Part shown: positions 35,300-47,399 of the stretch, piece after piece
Position numbering within the stretch: position 1 is the first letter of the stretch
How the letters are laid out: each line of letters opens with the position of its first letter
Assembly: GCA_964187785.1 (NCBI GenBank)
Contig: OZ076409.1
Location: 44,022,001-44,086,000, forward strand
Direction of reading: 5' to 3'
Length of the DNA: 64,000 bases
Source of the DNA: Amphiscolops sp. MND2022
Taxonomy: Eukaryota
Notes under the pieces: generated by a model
The model's input: the letters and a program-made list of their open reading frames with translations, nothing else
What the model was told of the DNA's origin: nothing
Database searches by the model: none
Position numbers and translations under genes: made by a program

Positions 35300-37040
35300 C
35301 ATTTTTTTGTTTCCGATAAGTCTGCCTATGTTGTTGTGATAGACTTGTTAAATAGCTTCAGAGATGGCAATGATTTGAATTTGAGTCCACTGAACAGCAT
35401 CTCTGACGCTGTTTTGTTGGTTTGTTTCTGCACTTGGGCTGAAACAACTATCACAACCCGGAGAATTAGTGCCATCTGTGTTTCTTTTTATCAATTCGAG
35501 GTTTTGCGTTTCTACCGATCTAACAGGTAGAGGAAGAAAATTGGACAATTTTATAACATTTGGCACCTCGTATAGAACTTTTGTTTGTTTGGCAGGTACT
35601 TTTTCATTCACTGAAGACATTCAACTATTGTACATCAAGGTAATTGGTATTATTAGTTTTTGAAAGGTGTTTTAAGTTTTCTTTACTATCTTAATTCGTG
35701 AGACAACGGTATTTTTTGAGAAGATTGGGGAATATGTTTTCGATTTTACTTTTTTACTGATAAAATCAAAATCATGAGAATCTGCTAATTAAGGCGTTTG
35801 TACCCAGTATCTCAAACATTCGCTTTGTCTGTTCAGTCCCTTAAATTCATGAGTGCACTACAAGTGTCCTTCCGCTTAGTGAATACTTCTTGGCTGTCAT
35901 CAACCAGCGCTTTGGCCTCCAAGTCATTTCTCAATCGTCTCTCTACAATGCGTTCAAACAATTTCCTACGTAGTAAGTGAGACTAATTTGCCTGTAACTG
36001 TTTGCGATAAAATAGTCTTCTTTGTGAGGGTTGGCCTAAAATTACTTTGCCTAAATTCCAAATGTAGGTGCCTGCATGTAAACAGAGATTAAAGAGACTG
36101 AGACAGGCAATTTTGAATAAATTTCGAAGCATGGGTGGATGTATGCCAACTGATCGCAGGACTTCTTGCTTGTTTGAGATTCTTTAGGAGCGTTGTCAAG
36201 CTCGTCTTCGCTTATCTGTGTGCTCAGGGGTTCACATAATCCTGATGGAGATTTGCCGTGAGTTTGACTTCGACATTTCTCAGCCAATAATCGTCAAACA
36301 CTTTTCTGTGGAGGTGTCCGTCGGAGAAAACGTAGAGCGAAGATGTTTATATTTATCAACGTTTCTGTCTAGAGTTTTTCCATTTGAAACAAGACATCCC
36401 ATTGGTATTGCGTCGCTGGTCCGAGTAAACTAATTTTCGGTATTTCCTAAAGTCTGAGCCCTTGCTGGCGTTTAATGTTTCCGGGCACTTTTTACAATGC
36501 TCACCTTTGAATTTCATAAAGGTAGTCTGAAGTTGTTGTTTGAGGGCTTCATCACTGAAGGTGTTTATCGGGTCCGATCTGAGTTTCGTTTTTCCCTGGC
36601 TTTTCGGAGTTGAACTGAAAGCATTTTCAACTCATCATTGAAGTATGCCTTCGAGTGTGAAGTGATTTGCTCGAGAGGTATAGTTAGATTGGCTGCTTCG
36701 CTAAAAGTAGCTTCGGTTGGCTGCTTCGATACATTGCAGCAAGATGCCCTATAATCATGTAGGATCACAGCATTCGTCAATTACATGCCATCGCCCTTGA
36801 AGGCATTTTTCTTAGGATTCCCTCGATTTGTCCCACATATTTTCTTTAGGTCTTCAATTTGAGTGGATCTGTTGTTTCCTCCAATATCGAATGTGGCAAT
36901 AACTGGGTAATGGCTTCTGTTTTCGGCGCAAGTGAACATTTCAGTGTAATATTCCATTGCGAGGCCGCAAAAATGCCTGTGTACATTGGCGTTGCGTATA
37001 TTCAAGTCGATTACGCTTTTTTCAATTGTGCATCTCAATA
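35300..37040 (-). pseudogene. Highly decayed LINE ORF2 relic (APE-RT type)
   Basis: Fragmentary motifs SHYPV (endonuclease end), KSPSG, NYRQISL and DTGYKR in broken frames; boundaries approximate. Confidence 0.5.
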
Positions 37041-37374
37041 CAGATATAGCTAGCAGTCAAGCCCCTTTACCATTAGACTAACTGTCTTATTTAATCTCAG
37101 CAATCATTCGGCACATCACTAATAACGCCGTTGTTACTGCGCACAACTGAAAAAACTCCTGGAAAAAAATCTAGGGATGCGCAATATGTTACTGCACTAT
37201 AAACTGGAAAAAAATAGAACATTAATATATATGTTTTACGAATTCAAGAACTTACTGCTGCTATTGCAATATAGAGACAATTCAACCTTTCATAAAAGAA
37301 TTAAATGAATTAATGTCCCAGAATTGTATTGTGACCTTTGAAACATTTGCTCTTCCAGGGTGAATGACAAAAGC

Positions 37375-38163
37375 TGTTACGACTATTTTTCGGGGTAGTT
37401 TTAGATGTAACCGTATTCATTTCCACAGGGGTGGACGTTCGAGCTACGGAGATGTTCTCAGTTTCTGGATCCGAATCTTGTACATTTTGATGTGCAGATG
37501 ATTTTTGGCTAATGGTGCTACACGTTTCATCATTTCTTTTTGATTTTCTGCTAACATTTTTGCTAGGTCAGACATTACTTCTTTTCTCAAAGATGTTTCT
37601 ATTTCTTCTAAGCTTTCAGGTTGTACTCTAGGAGACTTTCTAGGATCTGCGATGAGGTTTTCAGGATGAATATTTTCAGTTACAGAAGTCTCAAATTTCC
37701 CAGAATCTAGCTCAGCTAATGCTTTCCTTTTCTGGCATCTTGTAGTCATTTTTGGGTGGAAAGATGAGAAATCGTCTTTGGAAAAGGGAATTCGTCAAAA
37801 ACGTTTTTCGTTTTTATAGAGGTGATTAATAGTTCACAGAACAGCAAAAGTACAAACTAAATTTTACAGTTAGGCTTGGATTTATATACTTTTCTAGCAT
37901 CATTTGTTCCTCACCAAAAAATTCAAAGGTATCCTAAAACCGGTTTTGTTCACTTGAATTCCCTTATGATTCAAATTATTTCAGTCCTGTATCGTAAAAT
38001 CAGGTATCGAAATTCCTAGTTACGTTGTTATTCCGTAACATTTTGTTGAAATCATTTTTGTTCAACAATTCCATTTCCTGTTTGAACTCCAAAATTGCGG
38101 CAAAATAAATTGACATTTTCGTCGACGAAGGTACGCCGGCGTGATCATTTAGTCAATTCCCAA
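37375..38163 (-). mobile_element. Solo or partial Gypsy-type LTR containing the start of a gag-like ORF
   Basis: Diverged copy of 57368-58173; terminus ...CGTAACA; ORF MTTRCQKRKALAEL... (37749-37444). Right boundary not resolved, possibly ~38680. Confidence 0.6.
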
Positions 38164-41100
38164 GTTGGGAACTCTGAATTTCAAGACAAAAGTATGACAC
38201 TGAAAAATGGGGACCAATCGGACAAAGATGAATTGGAACAAATGCTTTTGAGCTCGGAGGAAAATATCTATGTTCTTGTAAAAGGAACAAACGATCCTCG
38301 AATGACATATCCCCATTATTCGTGCAAACATTAAACAACATCATAAGGCCACTTTAGTTGGAACATTGATTAGTTCACTATTACCACATGTCATGTCCAA
38401 AACTACATATTTTAGGCTTCATAACATTAATGCAATGCAATTTTAACAAAACCAAAAGACGGTGAACGAGTATGAAATTATATGAACAGATATTAGCATC
38501 AACCTTTTTTCGTCCACCCTTTCAGTCTCAACGTTGACCTTACGTACTACACTCAACTTTCATTAGAATGCTCTAGAATGATAGCAGATTAAAAAGGAAA
38601 GATATTCTAGTTGATGTATGGTCAATAAATGGCTAATAAATAGCACAAGAGTAGAGTTTAGTCGACTAATCTACCTTACAGAACAGTTTTCTCAATAATG
38701 AGGTTTTTCTGTGGACAATTACGAGGTTGCTTTGTTTACTGGAGAAATTCGGATCAAAACTGGCTCCAGCTCCATTTCATAGTTGTACTTTTACAATTCG
38801 CTCCGTAAACGCTCCGTAAGAATTAAGATTGAGCATAGCTGAGCAGCGGAATTCAATTTTAAAATTCGTTCCGTAGTTGCTCCTTATGTATTAAGATTAG
38901 GTATAATTGAGCTGCGGCACGCGGTGATGTAGCGGAGCGCGCAGGCGTTCAGTTTCTTTCTCTTAAATAAACGGCGTTGCTATGCTAACATTCTTATTAG
39001 ACTAAGCTCGCGTCCTATTGGACCTAAGCTCGACTGAGGGATGACGCTATTGGTCCGTAAAAATAGAAGAACGCTATTAGCTAGGTAGAGTGACGTTGTC
39101 ATAACGTTGTGATTATTTCGCTTAAATTGCTTGAGTGTATTTTGTGTCAATTCTAACCACTACTTCAATCTTTAGAAAACAATCCCCTATATTATTCAGT
39201 ATGTTTTTTCATTTTAGATTGCATGAATTCCGTTCTAATTAGGGAGTTGAATTTTGTTTTTGATGTTTTCATTTCATGGTGGAAAGGAGCTAATTCTCTA
39301 TTATATAGATTGTCTCTGTTTTGCTATTTAGATCGGCATGTGAATTTCAGAATATAAACCTGAAATAGAATGATCACCTATAAAATGATAGACCGGAAGT
39401 TTTTTTAGGCTGAAATAATTCTGAAAAAAACTGCATAGCACATACGGTTGAACTTAATATTCGGAAAAATTGTCCATCAATTGTGTAGTTGCACCGTAAG
39501 TAAAATTTGGTAGTTTTGAATAGTTTAGTTTAACAATTCTTGCTGTGTCCGTGACCGAGACTTCTTGGCAGACCTGCAATACCACAGCAGCATGAATAAC
39601 AGCGACTGGGAGCGGGTCGCGACAAAAGCCTCTGTCTGAAATCATTTGAAGCAAACCCAGCTAAACTGAATAACAGCCCTCGAATGTTGAGAATTGAGAG
39701 GATGAAACGAAGATCAGAAAACTTGCTAAGTCGCACCGTCACAAAACCATTAACATCAGCGCGCATCTCATAATGATCAATTATCAGGTTTTCACAAGCC
39801 TCTAATTCTTCAGCTAACAGATCAGTTTTGCGGTTATCCGGAATCTTTAGACAAGCTTCCTCGAAAATCGGAGAATTGGACAATTATTGAAGTCTTGGAT
39901 TACAAGACACTTGGCTTAAAGTCATTCAGCTAGAAATATTCCTCGAGATATTCGGCTGATCTCAAGCAGTGGCCAAAAACAACTAGTAAACGACCAAAGT
40001 TGGTATGAAAATTTACCGCAATGCTATTAAATTTTCACTGAATTGAATTTTTGCCGAAAGAGGAACATTAGCGAGTTTGAAGAGCATATTTGTTGTATGG
40101 CTCCGTCGCTTCGCTCTCTTCGCCAGGAAGCAAAAATGAGGCATGACCTTACGACACGTTAGTCCGCTTCGCTTCACACTTGGGTTGGGGTACTAGGAAT
40201 GAGAACATAGCTGACGTTATCTCTCGAAGTTTTCCTCGCATATTGAGTATAAAAGAGAGGAAATTCCGGCACTGCTCGTCATCAAGTGAGGTTTCATCTA
40301 TGGGTGGGGTGAAGAAAACAATGGGGTTTCGTAACAGCTCGCCTTCTCGTTATTGGAATACGGAGCAAACGCAGCGATATTCATTGGAGATTTTGGACGG
40401 AAATTGGTTGAATTGGGGTTCTTGGTTCGTTTCCTTCTGATGGCCTAAAAGGAATATCCTGTATTCTGTTTTCTTGGTTTTCGGTATCAGATGCGTTTAT
40501 TTCACCGTCACCATTGTTCATGTGTTTTAGCGTTTCAATTCTCAATGTGGTTTGCTCAGTATCTTTTCTACGGGGAATTGATTGTATTCTTCTACTGTTT
40601 TTTACTTCTCTCGTCATTCTTTGTACATTTTCGTTCATTTCTTTCCTCAGTTCTGCTTTTTCTTTCTTTGTATTGTCTGTTTCTCTTTGTGTCCACACTT
40701 GTAATTCATTCTCATTTTGTATAGGATCAATTAAAACTGCTTCTCTGTCCCTAACTGAACTAACATTATCAAAATTACTGAGAGTTTCCATCATAGTTTT
40801 ATTACTTCGTGATGCCTCCGCTTCTGAAGCGCTTATGTCTTTTCCAATTGAGGGTGATTGTCTTCGTCTGGATCTTATATTTCTTTTGTTACCCCCCTCA
40901 GTTAGGTTAAAATAATGTTTGTTTGAGAGAAGAATTTCAATAGGTCAGGTGATGAAATGAAATGAAGCTGAGAACAAAGTTGTGAAAAATATACATATCA
41001 AATCACTAAGATAAAACGGAGATTGTGATGAGATGGACTGTAAAGTCATAATACTCATGAGACAAAAAATAGGTCTGTTCAGTTCAAACATTTTTGTCGT

Positions 41101-41937
41101 TAGAATTTTTTTGAGGTTTTTCTGACTCTCCAATTTATTGGGGTCTATTTTTAGCAACATGACAGACATTTTGAAAAAATCGTTCTTACATCATAATTAC
41201 GTGACTTCTGAAATTAGCGCCATTTTATTTTACTTGACATAAAACTAGGTTCTTACGTGACATCATTTCTATAGAAAGGATTATGCATAACGTGATTAAC
41301 CGCCTTCTGATTGGCTACAACTATTACTGTAACGTAAGCAAAGCGTCAATGAAAGTGGATGTATAGTACAGTATGACTCATTGCTTTTATATATCAAACA
41401 ATGCTGAATGGATTATAGTGAACACGTATGAGTCACACTGCCTAGAAGTTACGTCGTAAGTATTGAAGGAACAAAATTATTCTGCATTATATTGCAATCT
41501 CAAGGCAGCAATCGGACTAAATGGTCAATTTCAATGTGCATTATGCGTGCACAAAGAGTAGGTAATATTTATTCAATTCCCTGGTAAATGCGTGCACAAA
41601 GTGTACGTATAGTTCATTCATTTCACTGATAAATGAACATAGTAGCATCATGTATTAAATGAGTGTTTACTTTGCACTGTATATTTGTTTGCACGTTGTT
41701 TGGTATCTATGGTGTGATCTATTCAATACAAACGACAGACAATTTTAAACATCGCTGGTACTAACATATTACAAATAATTTTACATGACTTTAGTTTCAA
41801 GAGACAATGAGTTTTTGCTAAGTTTCTGCTGACGGGTTGAAATATTTGCCTTTAGTGTTGCACTCCGCACCCGTCGCAAGCTCTAGGCTGCGACAGGTCA
41901 ACATTCCTAAACAAATAAGTGCAGCTTCAAGCCCGTC

Positions 41938-42960
41938 TTAGTAGGCCCGTGACCTGATGATTCTGTCCCTTACTCTTTCGCCCGGGTACTCTGTGGCGAC
42001 TGTGTAAGCTGCCAGAGCGTCGACGGCGACCTCGTCGTAGGTCTTCCCGCACCAGTGGGAGTTCCCATGCACGCAGGGCATCACTGGCGGTTTAAGTTGC
42101 GTCCTCCTCAAGACCGGATACCCACTTGAATCGTTATAATTCTGGGTAGAATACGTTCTTGGCACACTGGGGTCACTATGTACCCCTTGATGGTCCAGAT
42201 ACAGCTGGCCAGCAGAGTTGTAGTAGATGTTGTCAGGGTGCTGGATGTTGGTAACAACGCTGTGCCAAAATTGGGCTGCACTTAGGGTGACTAAGTTCAT
42301 CTCATGTGGAAGGGTATTCGGGGCAATATACTGGTCCCTAAGAGGTGTTTGTGAAATTCCTCTACTATGATTGCTGGGTTGCATCCGATTGGGTAACGTT
42401 ACTTCCTGAGGTGTCATAATGGGAATTATAGCTATGGGTCTAATCGGACCATTCCTGCTAGTAAAACTAGAAGCGTTACAAGGATTGTTATCAGATGTTG
42501 GCGGTACTTGTCTTATCAACCCTTCAGCACGGGTTGGAGGGACAGCTAACATTGGTATGCCGTATTTATACCTTGACACTTTTGCAAAATTGGCGTTTAG
42601 CAGCAAATCCTCCTCGTTGCTTTCGCTGGTTTCCAACAATTATGAGAGCGAGAAGTCGGGCAATTCAGAGTGTTCAGTTATTGTGCTCAGTAAATCTTTT
42701 TTGATGTCAGTGCCAACGACGTCGATGAAAGAGTCTTCTCTTGATGCAGGCTCACTAACTGCAAACAGTCTTGCTGCATCCTCATTGACGAAAGCGGTCA
42801 TTGGGTTCATGGTGGGCCCCCAGACTCTACACTGCAGGTCAATTGGCGCAGAGTGCGGTTGTTCAACCACGAATTCCTCTCCAGAGTCGCTGGATATATT
42901 TAGTAGCCCGGGGGAGTTTGTAGAAATAGAACGCGTGTCTTCGTCGATTGTGAAGAGATG
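41938..42960 (-). pseudogene. Sense accessory ORF (~340 codons, one in-frame stop at 42640-42642) just before the 3' LTR; unknown function
   Basis: ORFs 42640-42870 and 41938-42639 abut in frame; Ser/Pro-rich with C-terminal PCVHGNSHWCG motif; no signal peptide or TM evident. Confidence 0.55.
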
Positions 42961-44458
42961 ATAATTTTTTGGAGATCTAATATCTATCTAAGTTTGGAAG
43001 TATCAACCTTCTTTCAGTTGATGGGGATTTTCCCTGGTTTTCAGGGTGCCGTAAACGAATTTCGATGTAATATGCTTTCTAGTTTACTGCTTTCCCGGTA
43101 GTTTCAAGGCGGTTGCCGGGTTATGTTCCTATTTCTTCATTTAAATAGCTCCATAACAAAATATAATTCACCTTATAATTTCCATTTATGGTAATAATCA
43201 CTTCAATTGTCACACTTCACAAGGTGTCAATGATGGAATATAATTGTAAACAATTTATGAATGGAAACTTGAACGATAAGTTTCGTCAGGGAATAGGCTT
43301 ATTTTTCAAGTTTTACATTTCCTTTTATGGGAAAATTGCATGTATTCTAACTAACAACAACAGAAATGAAAATTAAAAGAATCTATATGACTCGCACTTA
43401 AAATACATGACAATTTTCGAAATCAATTTATTCAGTCTTCCTAAATCATGTACGTACTGCCTCATGATGTCAAATAAAAATAAAATATGTCAGATGTTCG
43501 ATGCACGACAGTCAGTTTACAATGAGAATGAAGCATGTAATCATATGGTGTTGATCTGCTTTAGTTCAACCTCAGTTAAATCTGTACTGCTTGATGCGTT
43601 CCGTTTCCGCAAATGACTTTAAACTGCCAGTAGATGGCGAAGCATCATGTGCGTGTAATCTGAGTCAGCAATTCCGCTCAGGACACCAATCTTTCTGCCA
43701 GATTTGATTGGTCCGTAATTAGCTTGCTCATCCAATAAACACACAGCATTTGCGCAAAAATGCTAATTTGCCATGCTTAAAGTTTTTTCAACCGGAAGCC
43801 ACGCCACAAAAGTGTTTGTTTTTGTAGACCATGTAATTCCGTACTTAGTCGATTTCAATGCAAAGTTTCTCTAAATTTTTCAATAGTCCAATTTTTCTCA
43901 ATTTTACTTTTCACGTTTGTAGTTAATAGATTACCGTCATCTTTAATCAGCACTTTCCATTCATTCTTCAATTTGCATTTACAATTCTTCATTAACTTCT
44001 GATTCTTCTGGTTTATTGGAAATGGTGCAACCACGAGCTTTCTATTCCCGCAGGAAGACAACTCCCCCTCAGCAGAGGACAGGGCCAACGATGAATCTCC
44101 GCTCTTACACCACTGCTGCACTACGCGGTAGGCTTGAATTTGGTTGTTTTTCTGACTACACCAGACGATATTTTGCTTTCTTTTTGTGATATCGCAAATT
44201 TCAAGGTATGTTGGCCAGACGCACATCTTTGTCAACTGTCTTCTGATTTGTCAACTTCCGGTTTTCAAATTTCGAGCGGAAATATTAATTTCCTAATTGC
44301 TGGTTACATTTTCACATCCTCGTGGACTTGACCCTTCTAGTTCTGGCTGAAGATAATTTCTCTGACGTCAGCCGTAAGGAACGGCAAGAGTGCAAATCGG
44401 CCAGCGACTGCGTCCAGTAACAGTTGGCATCCCTGACCACTCACCCTTCGATGGAAAA

Positions 44459-46400
44459 ATGTCCAGTACGTCTTTTGTACATAGCTCCACTCAGCCTTCA
44501 CCTACAAGTAGGAATTTGAATGAGGAAATGACCTCCTCCAATTCAGGACCCACTGGAAAAAACATGTCGCTGTTTACTCGATTGTTAACTCAGTTACCCT
44601 CTTCACGGGCCAGGAAATCCGACTCTCCTGATCAAAAAAAAAGACGCAAGTCGCGCTCGATTCTCCAGTTACCAGTAGAGATAGCCCAGGGGACAGTGGC
44701 GAAGTAAGGCTTTCTTTGATTTTGACGGAGGCGGCAGAACAGGCGAGTGAAAAAGTCCCTGCCCAAACTGGGAGTAGGGCTGAACAGAGCGCGACCATTG
44801 GTTCTAGCAATGCGCCAACTACCAAGGAACACAGCAGAACTGCAACCAGCAACAAGACTCCTCTAAAGCGGGGCACATTGAGGAGGACAGTAACGAAGAG
44901 TCAACAGATTCGGAAGCTAACACTGATTCAAGTTCTTTGTTAATTAACTGATACAAGTTCAGTTTATTTGTCAATTCATGATGAAGGGTCACTAGAGGCA
45001 AAACCCAAGAAACAGAGGAAACAGCAGGAAACAACATCCCCTAGCAAGAGGCAAGAGAGTCAATCCTAGTCATGTTTAAGCTGGGTGGCTGTATCACAAA
45101 TACCCGATTCCAAAGTTCTTTGCTACGGCATCAGCCGATGCTGCAAGATACCCACACAAGTATTGTTGCCGAGTTTGCCTTGTGGAGTTGTCTCTAAAGA
45201 CTAAGGGCCCACTACAGATACTCCACCACTACAGGACAGACGCACACCTTGTTAAGGAGCACCGAATCGGAGTGCAAACGCCAGAACTTCCACTATTTGA
45301 CAAGACTTTCGATGAACTTAGTGGCATGGCCCAACGTACGCCAAGGACTGGGCAAAGAGGAAAAATCCTGTGGCTCCAAAGCTCGGTGGCTTCTATTTAC
45401 GTTTGGGCCAACAAGACCAGACTGAAGTTGCCAGGACAGATGACCCCAGCAAAGATGTTGAGGCGCAGCTGAATCGTCTCAAGATCGGGCTCATGCACGG
45501 AGGTCAAATTGACACGTTGGTGGCTTTGTGGCACAATCTTTTCAAGGAAACGAAGACACCGGAGCACATCATAAAGCATAATTGGAGGCCCTATCACGTT
45601 TTTGGAACTATCTATCCCTCTTCTTAATGGGTATTGTTGGACTCCCTTTAGCTTTTGAAGTTTGCAGGGGCTCATAACCTACATTATCCGCGAGTTGCTC
45701 TCTTTCTGCATCAATTTCATCGAGGCCTCCGGAAGCTACTCCCTCACACTTACCCAGAATACCATCGAGACGTTGCTCTTTGCTAGTTTCTGGGCGGGGA
45801 CTTCCCTCTACGGCCTGTGCATCGGGGTATTCCCAGAAAGATTGAATGTTCCTGCCTCTCTCTTGTTATTGCTGAGCAGTTTTTTCGCCCTTATTGGAAA
45901 AAAGGCCTCTCACCCTTCCTGACTGGCTTCGCACCACGATTTTCCTGGACAGTATCACGGGTCCTCACGCAACATAGAAGAGTGTGCAGCTTTCCCACTT
46001 TTTGTGCCATCTGTGCGAATCTTGAACCGTTTTGAATTCAGGAGTGTATTGGACTTTCTCCTCATGCATCTCCGATCAGCTTTGGACAGCTCTTGGTTTT
46101 CGTCATTACGCGATTTTCAACACGTTAGTACCCTCGTTTTGTTTTATTCCATTGTCGTTTTCCTTCGCAATATAGATCGGAACATTTGGCTGGTGTTGCT
46201 TCCTGTCCCAATTTCAATGTTATTAGGCTTATCTTGCGATTTCGTTTCTATGAGCAAACTTCTCCTAAGTCACCGTAATTGCAAAGTTATTGACAGTTTT
46301 CGTCAGGGGTATTTTTCTTGTTGTGGTTTCAGCATTGTTTTCGTTTCCTTATTTGAACTGAGTATTATCTCTTCTTCATGCAGCATAAAGTTTGCAGCAT
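44459..46400 (+). pseudogene. Decayed antisense accessory gene with a C2H2-type zinc finger
   Basis: Ser/Lys-rich N-terminus with KKRRK, then YCCRVCLVELSLKTKGPLQILHHYRTDAHLVKEH (~45160-45260); broken frames; 3' limit approximate. Confidence 0.5.
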
Positions 46401-47218
46401 AATGCAGCAAATAAAGGTCTCTCAATCCACTTTTTCTGTGATTTCTGGAGTGTGTGCTTTGTGTTACGTATTATGGTTAGTCATCAGATCACTTTTATTG
46501 CATCGAGACATTTCCAAATTTTTTGAACGTGATCAAAGTTTCAATCATATGGCAATTATCCAAGTTTCCAAATTTTGCACGTGTTACTAAATTCTAGTTA
46601 TTCAATGATTGATCCATTCATCTATATTTCAGACAGTCACTGCATTGGATTATGATTTATTTCGTCCCGTTGAGATAATGGATCACCTTATCACCAACTG
46701 GGGCAGAGTACTCCAACAATTACGATGCAGTAGACGCATTCCTTCACGACATTGTCACTTCTGCCTTCGTACAGGGGCTTTCGGCTTCTGACGAGCCTGC
46801 GGTGCGAGTTGGTCATGAACCTGGTTACACTGATGCTATTCAGATTCTCGTTGGATATTTTGTGCAATCGCCCCGCACACCGAGCCCGTCATCGTCGGAG
46901 AATACTGTTCACTAGTAGCAAAACTCCGTTCAGAGAAGTTTTCTGCGACTTATGACTGGGTAGTGACATTTTCTTGCCATTACGAACTGCAGGATCGGGT
47001 CGATCTAGTCCATCTCTCTAAAACTTGTTGCGAAGCGCACCGGGGACCGTTTACAAGCCCACCACCCACCACAGTGACTATTCCAAGTTCAAATGCTGGA
47101 AGTGCCCTTGTGAAACCAGTTTCTGAGCAAAAAGTGGATTCAACTCCTGTTGCGAATCCGGTCATTCGTCATTTGACCGAGGTTCCTATCATCCTTTAGA
47201 GTTGGCCCATGGATTCAA

Positions 47219-47249
47219 AGAAGAAGAAGAAGAAGAAGAAGAAAAGAAG
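47219..47249. repeat. (GAA)n microsatellite
   Basis: AAGAAGAAG... run. Confidence 0.9.
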
Positions 47250-47399
47250 ATGAATACTGTTGTCCTCTAGAGGATTGTTCATCTGTTTCGCAAAGGACGG
47301 TTTCTTGACTTTCTTTTTGTACATTTTTGATCTTTATTTATCCATTTTACAGAAGAGAAGAAAAGGAAAGATAAGAGACTAGTGAAGTTGAGTTCTGAT

